Assembly: GCA_018666805.1 (NCBI GenBank)
Contig: JABIXB010000057.1
Span: forward strand, 1-58,205
Direction: 5' to 3'
DNA from: Rhodospirillaceae bacterium
GTDB lineage: Bacteria > Pseudomonadota > Alphaproteobacteria > UBA828
Length of the DNA stretch: 58,205 bases
Shown: positions 37,122-48,943 of the stretch, piece by piece
How positions within the stretch are numbered: the first letter of the stretch is position 1
Layout: each line of letters begins with the position of its first letter
Notes under the pieces: model-generated
Seen by the model: the letters and a program-made list of their open reading frames with translations, nothing else
Told to the model about the DNA's origin: nothing
Database searches by the model: none
Position numbers and translations under genes: made by a program

Positions 37122-38592
37122 ACTGACAGGGGAAAGCCGAGCGGCGCATGAGGGGAAGGATGTGGACATAACGGGCCTGACATCAGATTCGCGCGATGTC
37201 CGCCCGGGCTATCTGTTCGCGGCGCTTGACGGCAGCCGCGCACGGGGCGCCGACTTCATCCCCGAAGCCTTGCGCCTTGGCGCCACCGCCGTTTTGGCGC
37301 CGCCGGGGACCGCGTTCGATGGTGCAGCGCCAAACGCCGCCCAACTCGTTACGGATGATAACCCGCGCCGCCGTTTTGCTGAGATGGCGGCGCGCTTTTT
37401 CTTGCATCAGCCGCGCACCATTGCGGCAGTTACCGGCACCAACGGAAAAACTTCGACCGTCACGTTCCTACGTGAATTGTGGCGCAGCAGCGGCCGCCGG
37501 GCAGCGAGCCTGGGCGGACTCGGTGTCGAAGGCGATGGGCCGCTCTCGAGTGCCGCCCTGACGACGCCCGATCCGGTGAATTTACATCAGACCCTGGCAG
37601 CATTGGCTGAGGCCGAGGTCGCGCACTGCGCCATGGAAGCATCGAGCCACGGCCTCGATCAATACCGCCTCGACGGCGTCCGCCTTGCGGCCGCAGCCTT
37701 TCTCAACCTCACGCGCGACCATCTCGATTATCACCGGGATCTCGAAACCTATTTCACCGCCAAGGCGCGGCTATTTGCCGAGGTCATGCAGCCCGGCGGA
37801 GACGCCGTCCTCAATGCCGATTCGCCTTATCGTTCACGCATAGAAGAAATTTGCCGCAATCGGAATCACCGGGTTTTGTTGTTCGGCGAGAGCGAAGGCG
37901 ATGTTCGCCTGGTGGCGCGCAGCGACGAGGATTTGGGCCAGCGCATCAAGCTCGAGCTGCTCGGCCAACCCTATGATCTGCTGATCTCCCTGCCCGGTGC
38001 GTTCCAGGCCTACAATCTCATGGCCGCCGCCGGGTTGGCCCTCGCCACCGGCATGAGTCCGGACGAAATTGCCGCCGGCCTGCCGCAATTGACGGGCGTG
38101 CGCGGCCGCCTCGAATTGGCCGCGCGCCTGGAGAACGGCGCGCCGATCTTTGTCGATTACGCCCATACGCCTGATGCACTCGAGGCTGCGCTGCGCGGTC
38201 TGCGGCCGAATGTGGGCGGGCGGTTGATTGTTCTGTTTGGCTGCGGCGGCGACCGTGACGCGGGCAAACGGCCGCAAATGGGCGGGATCGCCAGCGACCT
38301 CGCCGATGTGGTTTATGTCAGCGACGACAATCCGCGTTATGAGGATCCGGCATCGATCCGCAGTGAAATCCTGGGCGCCTGCCCCGATGCGATCGAAATC
38401 GGTGGCCGTGGCGAGGCCATCGCAGCCGCCATCGCCGAGATGCAAGAGGATGACCTGCTGCTGATCGCCGGCAAAGGCCACGAGCAGGGTCAAAGCATCA
38501 AAGAGCGGATGATTCCCTTCGATGACGGCGAAACCGTGCGCCGCGTGGTAATGGCGCAATCGCACTGCCGTCAGGAGCGCGGGTATGAATAG
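37108..38592 (+). CDS. murE: UDP-MurNAc-tripeptide synthetase (meso-DAP)
   Basis: TGTNGKTS, MEASSHGL, DHLDYH, DYAHTPD, DNPR, AGKGHE. TTG start inferred (alternative ATG 37090). Confidence 0.96.
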   Translation: MHLFELTGESRAAHEGKDVDITGLTSDSRDVRPGYLFAALDGSRARGADFIPEALRLGATAVLAPPGTAFDGAAPNAAQLVTDDNPRRRFAEMAARFFLHQPRTIAAVTGTNGKTSTVTFLRELWRSSGRRAASLGGLGVEGDGPLSSAALTTPDPVNLHQTLAALAEAEVAHCAMEASSHGLDQYRLDGVRLAAAAFLNLTRDHLDYHRDLETYFTAKARLFAEVMQPGGDAVLNADSPYRSRIEEICRNRNHRVLLFGESEGDVRLVARSDEDLGQRIKLELLGQPYDLLISLPGAFQAYNLMAAAGLALATGMSPDEIAAGLPQLTGVRGRLELAARLENGAPIFVDYAHTPDALEAALRGLRPNVGGRLIVLFGCGGDRDAGKRPQMGGIASDLADVVYVSDDNPRYEDPASIRSEILGACPDAIEIGGRGEAIAAAIAEMQEDDLLLIAGKGHEQGQSIKERMIPFDDGETVRRVVMAQSHCRQERGYE

Positions 38593-40000
38593 GGGGCAGG
38601 CCCTTTGGAGCGCCGACCAGGCGATCATCGCCACCGGCGGCGAAGCGCATGGTGACTGGCAGGCGGACGGCGTCTCGATCGACAGCCGCACGCTTTCGCC
38701 CGGCGACCTGTTCGTTGCGCTGAAAGGCCCCAACCATGACGGCCACGACCATGTCGCGGCAGCACTGGACGCCCAAGCCGCGGCGGCAATGGTGGAGCAT
38801 GCGCCCGATACTGGCGCGACGCCAGGGCCGCTTCTCATCGTGCCGGACAGTTTTGACGGGCTCTATGCCCTGGCCAAGGCGGCGCGCACGCGGAGCTCCG
38901 CGCGCATTATCGCCGTCACCGGCAGCGTCGGCAAAACCGGCAGCAAGGAACTGCTTGCCCGCGCGCTGGCGCCAGCCGGCCGTGTCTCGCTCAGCGCCGG
39001 CAACCTCAACAATCATATTGGCGCACCGCTCAGCCTCGCCCGTCTGCCGGTCGAAGCTGAATATGGTGTGTTTGAGCTCGGCATGAACCAGCCCGGCGAG
39101 ATCGCGCCACTGTCGCGCCTGGCGCGCCCGCATGTGGTGCTGATCACCAATGTCGAAGCGGTGCACACGGAATTTTTCGACCATGTCGACGCCGTCGCCG
39201 AAGCCAAGGCGGAAATTTTCGCTGGCCTCGAGCCGGACGCGGTGGCGATCCTCAACCGCGACAATAAATATTTCGATTATCTTGCGGCGCAGGCCAAGGA
39301 CGGTGGTGCGGCGCGCATCATCGCCTTCGGACGCAATGAAAAAGCCGAGGCACGCCTGCTCGATTGGTCGCCCGACCAGGACGGCGGGCTGGTGACGGCT
39401 GACATATGCGGCACCCGGTGCCGCTACCGTCTGGCGCTCAGCGGTGAACATTGGGCGCTCAACAGCGTCGCAGTCCTGGCCACCGCCACTGCGGCGGGCG
39501 TTGCCGCGGGTGCACCCTTGACCGAAGCGGCGGATGCGCTTGTGTTGCAGCATGCCCTTCCCGGCCGCGGCGCGCGCCACCGCCCGACCCTCGCCGGCGG
39601 TCAGTTCGATTTGATCGACGAATCCTATAATGCCAGCCCGGTCGCCATGCGCGCCGCTATCGCCGGCCTGAAAAACTTCCAGCCTGGGCCGGGCGGACGA
39701 CGTATCGCTGTGCTCGGCGACATGCTCGAACTCGGCGCCGATGCAGCGGAACAACATGGCGCCCTGGCAAGTGCGGTGGAAGACGCCGGGATCGACCTAG
39801 TTTTTACCGTCGGCGCGCTGATGTCCCACCTCTTTGCCGCCCTGCCGAGCCATTGCCGCGCCGGCCAGGCGGATAGCTCCGCCGATATATTGCCCGCCCT
39901 CCAGAGCGCGTTTCGCCCGGGCGATGTGGTGCTCGTCAAAGGCTCGCTCGGCATCAACATGCGGCCGCTGGTCGATGCCTTCACGCGCGGCGAGGGGTAG
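38585..40000 (+). CDS. murF: UDP-MurNAc-pentapeptide synthetase
   Basis: [43 protein letters not shown]. Confidence 0.96.
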   Translation: MNRGQALWSADQAIIATGGEAHGDWQADGVSIDSRTLSPGDLFVALKGPNHDGHDHVAAALDAQAAAAMVEHAPDTGATPGPLLIVPDSFDGLYALAKAARTRSSARIIAVTGSVGKTGSKELLARALAPAGRVSLSAGNLNNHIGAPLSLARLPVEAEYGVFELGMNQPGEIAPLSRLARPHVVLITNVEAVHTEFFDHVDAVAEAKAEIFAGLEPDAVAILNRDNKYFDYLAAQAKDGGAARIIAFGRNEKAEARLLDWSPDQDGGLVTADICGTRCRYRLALSGEHWALNSVAVLATATAAGVAAGAPLTEAADALVLQHALPGRGARHRPTLAGGQFDLIDESYNASPVAMRAAIAGLKNFQPGPGGRRIAVLGDMLELGADAAEQHGALASAVEDAGIDLVFTVGALMSHLFAALPSHCRAGQADSSADILPALQSAFRPGDVVLVKGSLGINMRPLVDAFTRGEG

Positions 40001-40008
40001 GCAGAACA

Positions 40009-41097
40009 ATGCTTTATAACCTGCTATTTCCGCTTTCTGATTCGATCAGCTTCTTCAATATTTTCCAATATCTGACGTTCCGTGCCGGCGCCGCGATCGT
40101 CACGGCGCTGCTGGTCAGCTTTCTCGTCGGGCCGGTGCTGATCCGCACCCTGCGCGCACGCCAGGGCAAGGGTCAGCCGATCCGCGAAGACGGGCCGGAA
40201 TCGCACCTCAAAACCAAGCAGGGCACGCCGACCATGGGCGGCTTCCTCATTCTCATGGGCGTTCTCGCCGGCACGCTGCTCTGGGCCGACCTTACCAACG
40301 CCTATGTCTGGATTATCCTCTTCGTTACTTTCGGTTTCGGCGCCGTCGGCTTCGTCGACGATCTGATGAAGCTGCGCGCCCGCTCGAGCAAGGGCTTCCC
40401 GACCAAAATCAAATTCGTGATCGAAATCGCCATCGCCGTCGCGGCCAGTCTTTGGATCACGTCGGTCTCGGACGACTCACTCGCCAATGGCCTGGCGCTG
40501 CCTTTCGTCAAGACGGTGCTGGTTGATCTCGGCTGGTTCTTCCTACCCTTCGCCGCCATCGTCATGGTCGGCGCGTCCAATTCGGTCAATCTCACCGACG
40601 GCCTAGATGGCCTCGCCATCGTGCCCATCATGATCGCCTCGATCACCTTCGCGGTGATCTGTTACGTCGTCGGCAATACGGTATTTTCCGGCTATCTCCA
40701 GGTCCATTATGTCGCTGGCGCTGGCGAGCTGACCGTCTTTTGCGCCGCCCTGGTCGGCGCCGGTCTCGGCTTCCTGTGGTTCAACGCACCGCCGGCGATG
40801 GTCTTCATGGGCGATACCGGATCGCTCTCGACCGGCGCCGCGCTCGGCGCCGTTGCGGTCATGACCAAACATGAATTGGTGCTGGTAATCGTCGGCGGCC
40901 TGTTCGTCCTCGAGACCATTTCGGTAATCGTTCAGGTCGCCTCCTTCAAGCTCACCGGTAACCGCGTTTTTCAAATGGCGCCCTTGCACCACCACTACGA
41001 AAAAAAGGGCTACGCCGAGCCCACCATTGTCATCCGCTTTTGGATCGTCGCCGTGATTCTGGCTCTCGCCGGCCTGGCAACTCTCAAATTGAGGTAA
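40009..41097 (+). CDS. mraY: Phospho-MurNAc-pentapeptide transferase
   Basis: [35 protein letters not shown]. Confidence 0.98.
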   Translation: MLYNLLFPLSDSISFFNIFQYLTFRAGAAIVTALLVSFLVGPVLIRTLRARQGKGQPIREDGPESHLKTKQGTPTMGGFLILMGVLAGTLLWADLTNAYVWIILFVTFGFGAVGFVDDLMKLRARSSKGFPTKIKFVIEIAIAVAASLWITSVSDDSLANGLALPFVKTVLVDLGWFFLPFAAIVMVGASNSVNLTDGLDGLAIVPIMIASITFAVICYVVGNTVFSGYLQVHYVAGAGELTVFCAALVGAGLGFLWFNAPPAMVFMGDTGSLSTGAALGAVAVMTKHELVLVIVGGLFVLETISVIVQVASFKLTGNRVFQMAPLHHHYEKKGYAEPTIVIRFWIVAVILALAGLATLKLR

Positions 41098-41101
41098 CGG
41101 A

Positions 41102-42484
41102 ATGATCGTAGGAACTTCACATTTCGATGGCACCGTCGCAATTCTTGGCCTCGCCCGGAGTGGCCTGGCGGCCGCCCGTGCCTTGATCGCAGGCGGCAAT
41201 CAGGTTCTCGCCTGGGACGATTCACGCGAACGCCGGGCGGATGCGGCGCGCGCCGGCATTCAGCTGCAAAGCGGCGCCAATTTTCCGTGGCGCGACATCT
41301 CCGCTCTGGTGCCAAGCCCCGGCATTCCGCTCGACCACCCCACCATTGCCGCGGCGCGCGCGGCCGGTGTTGAAATTGTCGGCGATGTCGAATTGCTGTG
41401 GCGCGCCATGCCGGAGCGCAACTTTGTCGGCATCACCGGCACCAACGGCAAATCCACCACCACGGCGCTGATCGGCCATATCCTCGAGCGCGCCCGCCAA
41501 ACCGTGCAGGTCGGCGGCAATCTTGGCACCCCAGCGCTCAGCCTTGAGGCGCTCTGGGCCGAGGGCAGCTATGTGCTGGAAATGTCATCCTTCCAGCTCG
41601 ATTTGACGCGTCACATGTCGTTTGACATTGCCGTCCTCCTCAACATCGCGCCGGATCACCTCGACCGGCATGGCGACATGGCCGCCTACACCGCCGCCAA
41701 GCAAAAGATCTTCCGTTCGCCCAGGCTGAAAACCGCCATCGTCGGCATCGACGGGCCGGATACGCTGCGCATTTGTAACGAGCTGCGCCAGCGCGAGGGC
41801 CTGAACGTCATACCCATCGCCACCGGCCGCCGCCTGCTGGACGGCGTCGCCGCCAATGGTGGTTTACTTGAAGATCATGGCCAGGCGATTTGCGACCTGG
41901 AAGTAGCCAGGGCACTAACCGGCCGACACAATTGGCAAAACGCGGCGGCTGCCTATGCCGCCACTCGGGCGATGGGAATCGACCCGGAGGTTATCGCCCG
42001 GGCGCTCCTGAGCTTTCCCGGCCTCGCCCACCGCATGGAACATATTGCCGCCATCGACGGCGTTCAGTTTATCAATGACAGCAAAGCGACCAACGGCGAA
42101 GCGGCGGCGCGCGCCCTGGCCTGCTTCAATTCGATCTATTGGATCGCCGGCGGGCGCAACAAATCAAACGGCCTTCGGGCGCTACATTCCAACTTTCGCC
42201 GCGTCGCCCATGCCTTCCTGATCGGCGAAGCCGAGCAGACCTTTGCCGATGAGCTTGATGGCCGGGTCAATTACAGCCGTTGCGGCACTCTGGATAACGC
42301 TCTCGACGCCGCTGCCGCCCAAGCTTGTGCCGACGGCAGGCCCGGCGCCGTTGTTCTGTTTTCACCGGCTTGCGCTTCGTTCGATCAGTTCGCCGATTTC
42401 GAGGCGCGCGGCGAAACCTTCCGCGAAATGGTGCTGAACCTCGAACGGCGCCATGCCGAACAGGCGCGGAGACACTGTGCCTGA
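41102..42484 (+). CDS. murD: UDP-MurNAc-L-Ala--D-Glu ligase
   Basis: GLARSG, TGTNGKSTT, EMSSFQL, DHLDRH, NDSKATN, SPACASFDQF. Confidence 0.97.
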   Translation: MIVGTSHFDGTVAILGLARSGLAAARALIAGGNQVLAWDDSRERRADAARAGIQLQSGANFPWRDISALVPSPGIPLDHPTIAAARAAGVEIVGDVELLWRAMPERNFVGITGTNGKSTTTALIGHILERARQTVQVGGNLGTPALSLEALWAEGSYVLEMSSFQLDLTRHMSFDIAVLLNIAPDHLDRHGDMAAYTAAKQKIFRSPRLKTAIVGIDGPDTLRICNELRQREGLNVIPIATGRRLLDGVAANGGLLEDHGQAICDLEVARALTGRHNWQNAAAAYAATRAMGIDPEVIARALLSFPGLAHRMEHIAAIDGVQFINDSKATNGEAAARALACFNSIYWIAGGRNKSNGLRALHSNFRRVAHAFLIGEAEQTFADELDGRVNYSRCGTLDNALDAAAAQACADGRPGAVVLFSPACASFDQFADFEARGETFREMVLNLERRHAEQARRHCA

Positions 42485-43611
42485 TGACAAGCTTCTCGCG
42501 CACCGACCCGTCGATCCTGGGCCGCTGGTGGTGGACCCTGGACCGTTCGGCGTTGCTTGTTTTGACATTGTTGTTTGCCGTCGGCGCCATACTGACTGTG
42601 GCGGCGAGCCCCGGTGCCGCCGAGCGCATCGGCCTCGAACCGTTCCACTTCGTGCGCCATCAATTCGTCTTCATGGCGCCGGCGATGCTGATTATGCTGG
42701 CGGTCTCCCTGCTCTCGCCGCGCGGTGTGCGACGCTTGGCGACATTGGTCTTTGCCGCCGGCCTCGCCCTCGTCGTGGCGACGCATTTCGCCGGCGTAGA
42801 GATCAAGGGCGCAAGCCGCTGGCTCTCGCTCGCCGGATTCACCTTCCAGCCGTCGGAATTCGTCAAACCGTGCTTCGCCGTGGTCGCCGCCTGGATGTTT
42901 GCCGAATATCGCGAAAGCGAGAATTTCCCCGGCCGCGCCATTGCCAGCGTGTTGCTTCTGATCGTCGTCGCTCTATTGCTGATGCAGCCGGATTTCGGCA
43001 TGGCTGTCACTGTGACCGCCGTCTGGTTCGTGCAATTCTTCCTCGCCGGGCTTTCGCTGTGGTGGGTTGGCCTGGCGGCGGTGCTGACCCTGGGCGCGGT
43101 GACGGCGGCCTACAGCATCTTTCCCCATGTCGCCAATCGTATCGACCTCTTCATCGATCCGTCCTCGGGAGATTCCTATCAGGTATCGACCTCGCTGAAA
43201 GCGTTCCAACAGGGCGGCCTACTCGGCCGGGGCCCGGGCGAGGGTATCGTCAAAGGCTATCTGCCGGATGCCCACACGGACTTTATCTTCGCCGTGGCGG
43301 CCGAGGAATTCGGCATGCTGGCGGCGCTCGCCATCGTCGGCCTGTTCTTTTTTATCGTCTTGCGCGGCCTCACCCGGGTGGTGCGCGAGGCCGATCTGTT
43401 CGTTCTCCTGGCGGTCGCTGGCCTACTCACCCAATTCGGTTTGCAGGCGCTGATCAATATGGGCGTCACCGTGCAATTGCTGCCGGCCAAGGGCATGACC
43501 TTGCCGTTCGTCAGTTACGGCGGCTCGTCGCTGGTCGCCAGCGCGCTCGGCATGGGCATGGTGCTGGCGCTGACGCGCAGCGGCTACCGCGACAAGTCCT
43601 CGGCCAAATGA
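42484..43611 (+). CDS. ftsW: SEDS glycosyltransferase FtsW
   Basis: RWWWTLD, GASRW, QPSEFVK, QPDFG, PDAHTDFIF, GMTLPFVSYGGSS. Confidence 0.97.
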   Translation: MTSFSRTDPSILGRWWWTLDRSALLVLTLLFAVGAILTVAASPGAAERIGLEPFHFVRHQFVFMAPAMLIMLAVSLLSPRGVRRLATLVFAAGLALVVATHFAGVEIKGASRWLSLAGFTFQPSEFVKPCFAVVAAWMFAEYRESENFPGRAIASVLLLIVVALLLMQPDFGMAVTVTAVWFVQFFLAGLSLWWVGLAAVLTLGAVTAAYSIFPHVANRIDLFIDPSSGDSYQVSTSLKAFQQGGLLGRGPGEGIVKGYLPDAHTDFIFAVAAEEFGMLAALAIVGLFFFIVLRGLTRVVREADLFVLLAVAGLLTQFGLQALINMGVTVQLLPAKGMTLPFVSYGGSSLVASALGMGMVLALTRSGYRDKSSAK

Positions 43612-44759
43612 GCCGAACCGCTTCCAGCCAAGCGCCAATCGTGCTCGCCGCCGGCGGCACCGGTGGACACGTCTTTCCGGCGCAGGCTGTCGCGGCCGAG
43701 CTTGAAGCGCGCGGCCGGCGCCTGGTTCTGATCACCGACCGGCGCGGCATTGGATATGGCGGTGCGCTGGCCGATATCGAAAGCTACGCCATTCAGGCCG
43801 GCACGCCACTCGCCCGCGGGCCGCTGGCGCGTGGTCTTGGTATTGTGAAAATGCTGCTGGGAATACGCGAAGCCGGCCGCCTGTTACGCCGTCTCGAGCC
43901 TGCCGCCGTCATTGGTTTTGGCGGCTATCCGTCCGTTCCGGCGGTAATCGCCGCCAGCCGCAGCGGCATGGCGACAGCGATCCACGAGCAAAACGCCATA
44001 CTCGGACGGGCCAACCGCCTGTTGGCATCGCGCGCCCAGCGCATTGCCACTTCATTCGAACAGACCAGCGCCATCACCGTGGCGAACCGCTCAAAGATCA
44101 CACACACCGGCAACCCGGTACGGCCGGCAATTATGGAAATCGCCTCCAGCGCCTATCCCAAGCCGGAAGCGAAAGGCCCGCTTTATTTGCTCATCACCGG
44201 CGGCAGCCAGGGGGCACGGGTGTTTGCCGAACTGGTGCCGGCGGCATTGGCCAAACTGGCGCCTGAAATTCGCGACCGCCTCAATGTCGCCCAACATTGC
44301 CGGCCGGAAGATATCGAAAACGTCAATCGGCTTTATCAGGCAAGCGGCATCCGGTCCGAAACGGCAACATTCTTCGACGATCTGCCGGCGCGCCTGCAAA
44401 CGGCTCATTTGGTTGTCTGCCGCGCTGGCGCATCGACCGTCGCCGAGCTCGCGACCGCCGGCCGGCCGGCCATTCTCATTCCCTATCCGCATGCCACCGA
44501 CGACCACCAAAGCGCCAACGGCCGGGCGCTGGAAAGCGCCGGCGGCGCGGTCATGCTGCAAGAAGCCGAGACCAGCGCCGAGCGCCTGGCCGAACATCTG
44601 AACCATTATCTGAGCTCGCCGGAGACGCTGGCCAATGCCGCCAAGGCGGCGCTTGGCGCCGGCCGGCCGGACGCCAGCCAGGCGCTCGCCGATCTGGTCG
44701 AAAGCCTGGTACCGGCGAATGGCGACCCATCCCGTACGGCGCAGAGGCAAGCGGCATGA
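43608..44759 (+). CDS. murG: Lipid II GlcNAc transferase
   Basis: [40 protein letters not shown] overlap with the ftsW stop. Confidence 0.97.
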   Translation: MSRTASSQAPIVLAAGGTGGHVFPAQAVAAELEARGRRLVLITDRRGIGYGGALADIESYAIQAGTPLARGPLARGLGIVKMLLGIREAGRLLRRLEPAAVIGFGGYPSVPAVIAASRSGMATAIHEQNAILGRANRLLASRAQRIATSFEQTSAITVANRSKITHTGNPVRPAIMEIASSAYPKPEAKGPLYLLITGGSQGARVFAELVPAALAKLAPEIRDRLNVAQHCRPEDIENVNRLYQASGIRSETATFFDDLPARLQTAHLVVCRAGASTVAELATAGRPAILIPYPHATDDHQSANGRALESAGGAVMLQEAETSAERLAEHLNHYLSSPETLANAAKAALGAGRPDASQALADLVESLVPANGDPSRTAQRQAA

Positions 44760-46213
44760 AAGCGCTCCCGCTTACCATCGGCGCCATTCATTTCGTCGGT
44801 ATCGGCGGCATCGGCATGAGCGGCATCGCCGAGGTCATGCACAATCTCGGCTACACGGTGCAGGGCAGCGACCTCTCCGAGAACCCGAATGTGCGCCGCC
44901 TGCGTTCGCTCGGCATCAATATTACCGTCGGCCATAGCGCCGAATCGCTCAATGATGCCCAGGTGGTGGTGATTTCCTCCGCCGTGAAAGCGGACAATGT
45001 CGAGGCGGCGGCAGCACGCCAGCATTTCATTCCGATCGTGCGGCGCGCCGAAATGCTGGCCGAGCTGATGCGCCTCAAATGGTCGATCGCAGTTGCCGGA
45101 ACGCACGGCAAAACCACCACCACCTCCATGGTTGCCGCCCTCCTGGACGGAGCCGGCCTCGACCCCACCGTGATCAATGGCGGCATCATCAACGCATACG
45201 GCACCAATGCGCGCCTCGGCGCCGGCGACTGGATGGTGGTTGAGGCGGATGAATCAGACGGCAGTTTCGTCAAGCTGCCGGCCACCGTTGCCGTGGTTAC
45301 CAACATCGACCCGGAACATATGGAATTTTACGGCGATTTCGATGCCGTGCGCGATGCCTATCGCAATTTCCTCGAGAACCTGCCGTTCTACGGCTTCGCC
45401 GCGCTGTGTCTCGATCACGCCGAAGTGCAGGCGCTGATCGGGCGTGTTTCCGACCGCCGCATCGTCACCTACGGCATGAGCCCGCAGGCCGAGGTGCGCG
45501 CGTTCGATGTGCGCTCTGACGCGCTCGGCTCGCTCTTTAACGTCGAATTTTCCGACCGCCAGAGCGGCACCAGCTACACGCTCGAAAATCTACGCCTGCC
45601 AATGCTGGGCACCCATAATGTGCAAAATGCGCTCGCCGCCATCGCCATCGCGCGCGAGATGGAATTACCCGACGTGACGATCCGCGCCGCGCTCGGCGAC
45701 TTCAAGGGCGTCAAACGGCGCTTCACCAAAACCGGCGTGGTCGACGGCATCACCATCATCGACGACTACGGCCACCACCCGGTTGAGATATCGGCCGTGC
45801 TTCAGTCGGCGCGCGACGCCTATGACGGGCGCATCATCGCCGTGGTGCAGCCGCATCGCTACACCCGCCTCAGGGATTTGTTCGAGGAATTTTGCACCTG
45901 CTTCAACAATGCCGATGCGGTGATTGTCGCCCCGGTCCACGCCGCCGGTGAGACGCCGATAGAAGGCTTCGACCGTGACAGCCTGGTCGAGGGCCTACGC
46001 ACCCGCGGCCACCGCCAGGTGACCGCGCTTGAGGCGCCTGAGCAATTGGCCGAGATCGTCGGCACCCTGGCCGAGCCTGGCGACATGGTGGTCTGCCTCG
46101 GCGCCGGCACCATCACCAACTGGGCTGGTGCGCTGCCGGAAACGCTTGCCAAGTGGCGCCAGGCCTCGCCGGCGCCCGCCAATGACCACGCACACCGTGG
46201 GGGAGCGTCATGA
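44756..46213 (+). CDS. murC: UDP-MurNAc--L-Ala ligase
   Basis: [35 protein letters not shown]. Confidence 0.98.
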   Translation: MKALPLTIGAIHFVGIGGIGMSGIAEVMHNLGYTVQGSDLSENPNVRRLRSLGINITVGHSAESLNDAQVVVISSAVKADNVEAAAARQHFIPIVRRAEMLAELMRLKWSIAVAGTHGKTTTTSMVAALLDGAGLDPTVINGGIINAYGTNARLGAGDWMVVEADESDGSFVKLPATVAVVTNIDPEHMEFYGDFDAVRDAYRNFLENLPFYGFAALCLDHAEVQALIGRVSDRRIVTYGMSPQAEVRAFDVRSDALGSLFNVEFSDRQSGTSYTLENLRLPMLGTHNVQNALAAIAIAREMELPDVTIRAALGDFKGVKRRFTKTGVVDGITIIDDYGHHPVEISAVLQSARDAYDGRIIAVVQPHRYTRLRDLFEEFCTCFNNADAVIVAPVHAAGETPIEGFDRDSLVEGLRTRGHRQVTALEAPEQLAEIVGTLAEPGDMVVCLGAGTITNWAGALPETLAKWRQASPAPANDHAHRGGAS

Positions 46214-47178
46214 TGGCGGCGCCGCGCCAGGGTCTTATCGAGCGCCTGCCCAAAGTGCGCGGTGAATATATTGCCGATGCGCCGCTCGCGCCGATCGCGT
46301 GGTTCCGCGTCGGCGGCGCGGCGGAAACCCTGTATCGCCCGGCCGATGCAGATGATCTCGCCGGGTTCCTTGCCAACAAGCCGCGTGACATTCCAATTAC
46401 CTTGTTCGGCTCCGGCTCCAATGTTCTCGTACGCGACGGCGGCATTCCCGGCGTCGTTATCCGTCTCACCAGCGCTTTCCGGCAAAGCCGCATCGAATGG
46501 CAGGGTGATAGCGCACATGTGCATGTCGGCGCCGGCGCCGCCGATATCACCGTTGCGCGCCTGTGCCGCGATTCAGGGGTCGGTGGGCTCGAATTCCTGG
46601 TCGGCGTTCCGGGCACCATCGGCGGCGCACTGCGCATGAATGCCGGCGCCTACGGCCGTGAGATGGCGCATGTCATGCTGCAGGCCGAGGCCTTCGACTT
46701 TCTCGGCGCGCGTCAGCGTTTGTCACCGCAGAATATGGGATTTTCCTACCGCCATTCGAATGCGCCGGATGATTGGATTTTCGTCTCCGCCATCTTGCAA
46801 GGCCATCGTGAAGACCCTGAAACCATTGCCAAGGCGATGGCCGAGATCGAGAGCAACCGCGAGGACAGCCAGCCGCTGCGCACGCGCACCGGCGGCAGCA
46901 CCTTCACCAATCCGCCCGGCATGAAGGCATGGCAGTTGATCGACCAGGCCGGTTGCCGCGGTCTCAGGCGGGGCGGAGCCATAGTTTCCGAAAAACACTG
47001 CAACTTCCTGATCAATACCGGCGGTGCCAGCGCCGCCGACCTCGAAGGCCTCGGCGAAGAAGTGCGGCGCCGCGTCAAGCAGGAGACCGGCGTTACCCTG
47101 GAATGGGAAATCCGCCGCATCGGCCGCCACGGAACTGGTCAAGCGTCCCTGGGTGGCCTGGAAGGCGGTGACTCATGA
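46210..47178 (+). CDS. murB: UDP-N-acetylenolpyruvoylglucosamine reductase
   Basis: [40 protein letters not shown]. Confidence 0.97.
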   Translation: MMAAPRQGLIERLPKVRGEYIADAPLAPIAWFRVGGAAETLYRPADADDLAGFLANKPRDIPITLFGSGSNVLVRDGGIPGVVIRLTSAFRQSRIEWQGDSAHVHVGAGAADITVARLCRDSGVGGLEFLVGVPGTIGGALRMNAGAYGREMAHVMLQAEAFDFLGARQRLSPQNMGFSYRHSNAPDDWIFVSAILQGHREDPETIAKAMAEIESNREDSQPLRTRTGGSTFTNPPGMKAWQLIDQAGCRGLRRGGAIVSEKHCNFLINTGGASAADLEGLGEEVRRRVKQETGVTLEWEIRRIGRHGTGQASLGGLEGGDS

Positions 47179-48089
47179 GCGATCATGTCGCTGTCATCAT
47201 GGGCGGCCCGTCGGTCGAGCGCGAAGTATCGCTGGTGAGCGGGCGTGCCGTCGAGAAGGCGTTGGCCGGGCTCGGCTATAATGTCACCACCATTGATGCC
47301 GATCGCAGCCTGCCTGCGCGCCTGCTCGAATGCCAGCCCGACGTGGCATTCAACGCGTTGCACGGGCGGCTCGGCGAAGACGGTTGCGTGCAGGGGCTGC
47401 TCGAAGTGATGGGCATCCCTTACACCCATTCCGGCGTGCTCGCCTCGGCCATGGCGATGAACAAGCCGGTCGCCAAAAAGCTCTTCGCCGAAGCCGGGCT
47501 GACCTGCCCGGAAGGCCGGGTGTGCCACTACCGGGAAGTCATGGCCGGCGATGTGCTGCCACCGCCCTATGTCATCAAGCCACTCAATGAAGGCTCGAGC
47601 GTCGGCGTGCATATCGTCCTCGACGGCGATAATCAGCACCGCCTCGAAGGCGAGGAATGGCCGTTCGGCGACGAAGTGCTGGTCGAAAAATATATTCCGG
47701 GGCGCGAAATTCAGGTCGCGGTGATGGGCGAGCGCGCGCTCGGCGCGATCGAAATCAGGCCACGCGGGCGCTTCTACGATTACGAAACGAAATACACCGA
47801 AGGCAAGGCCGAGCATTTCATGCCGGCGCCGATCCACCCCGACTGCTACGCCGAGGCGCTCGATATCGCGCTCCGCGCCCACCGGGCGCTGGGCTGCCGG
47901 GGCGTTAGCCGGGCGGACCTGCGCTATGACGACGAGGCCGGCGAGCCGGGCGCGCTGTATCTCCTGGAAATCAACACCCAGCCCGGCATGACGCCGCTCT
48001 CGCTGGTGCCGGAGATCGCCGCCGACAGCGGCATCGATTTCTCTCAATTGGTTGCCTGGATGGTGGAGAACGCATCATGCGACAACTGA
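47175..48089 (+). CDS. ddl: D-alanine--D-alanine ligase
   Basis: GGPSVEREVS, LHGRLGEDG, EGSSVG, FYDYETKY, EINTQPGMT. Confidence 0.97.
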   Translation: MSDHVAVIMGGPSVEREVSLVSGRAVEKALAGLGYNVTTIDADRSLPARLLECQPDVAFNALHGRLGEDGCVQGLLEVMGIPYTHSGVLASAMAMNKPVAKKLFAEAGLTCPEGRVCHYREVMAGDVLPPPYVIKPLNEGSSVGVHIVLDGDNQHRLEGEEWPFGDEVLVEKYIPGREIQVAVMGERALGAIEIRPRGRFYDYETKYTEGKAEHFMPAPIHPDCYAEALDIALRAHRALGCRGVSRADLRYDDEAGEPGALYLLEINTQPGMTPLSLVPEIAADSGIDFSQLVAWMVENASCDN

Positions 48090-48943
48090 GCTTCAACGAT
48101 CATCTAACGCCGGAGCGCGGCGCTGCCGCCCAGCGTCCGCCGCGCCGCGCCCGTGTGCTGTGGCTGAGGGCAATTCGCCAGCGCGCCCGCCTGCTCGCTG
48201 TGACAGGTGCCGTGGGCGCGCTCGTTCTGGCCGGCGGCTGGTGGCTGTCTCAGCCCGGCACTAGCGCCCTGCTCAGCGCCAGCGTTCGCCAGACCGTCAT
48301 TGAGACCAGCGCCAGCCTCGGCATGACGGTCGAGAACGTCTACAGCGTCGGCCACCATGAAGCCACGCCCGAAGCTATTCTGACAGCGCTTGAAATCGCG
48401 CGCGGCGATCCGATCTTGGCTTTTACTCCGGCCGAGGCACGGCGGCGCATTCTAGCCCTCGATTGGGTCGAAGGTGTGACCATTGAGCGCCGCTTGCCGG
48501 ATACGATCCGCGTCAATATCGTCGAACGCAGCCCGTTTGCTCTGTGGCAGCACGACAAACGCATTCAACTGGTCGACCGCGGCGGCACCATCATCAACGC
48601 CGCCGACGTGCCGCGCTTCGCCCACCTTCCCCTCATCGTCGGCGACGGCGCCGTGGCGAACGCTCCGGCCCTGTTCGACACCATGCGCGCCGAGCCGAAG
48701 ATATTCCGCAGCCTGGTGTCGGCAGTCTGGGTCGGCGCACGGCGCTGGGATTTACATTTCGACAGCGGGCTGATCGTGCGCTTTCCCGAAAGCGTCATGG
48801 CCGCAGCATGGCACCGCCTGGTCGATCTCTTTGCCAGCTATGACATGAATCGGGAGCGAATTGTCTCGATCGACCTCCGCCTGCCCGACCGCGCCGCCTT
48901 CGGCCTCAGGCCAAACGAAGTATTGGATGGCAGCGCGACATGA
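48077..48943 (+). CDS. ftsQ: Cell division protein FtsQ
   Basis: TM, POTRA domain (WVEGVTIERRLPDTI..ER.PFALWQ), RRWDL, IDLRLPDR. Confidence 0.93.
   Translation: MRQLSFNDHLTPERGAAAQRPPRRARVLWLRAIRQRARLLAVTGAVGALVLAGGWWLSQPGTSALLSASVRQTVIETSASLGMTVENVYSVGHHEATPEAILTALEIARGDPILAFTPAEARRRILALDWVEGVTIERRLPDTIRVNIVERSPFALWQHDKRIQLVDRGGTIINAADVPRFAHLPLIVGDGAVANAPALFDTMRAEPKIFRSLVSAVWVGARRWDLHFDSGLIVRFPESVMAAAWHRLVDLFASYDMNRERIVSIDLRLPDRAAFGLRPNEVLDGSAT

Noticed and set aside
42453-44759. 768-aa ORF suggesting an FtsW-overlapping extension or frameshift fusion to MurG
   Set aside because: The extension lies in the -1 frame of ftsW, where high GC3 suppresses stop codons. It is Arg/Pro-rich nonsense, and murG has its own ATG at 43608. 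The same applies to the murC, murE and ftsA extensions.
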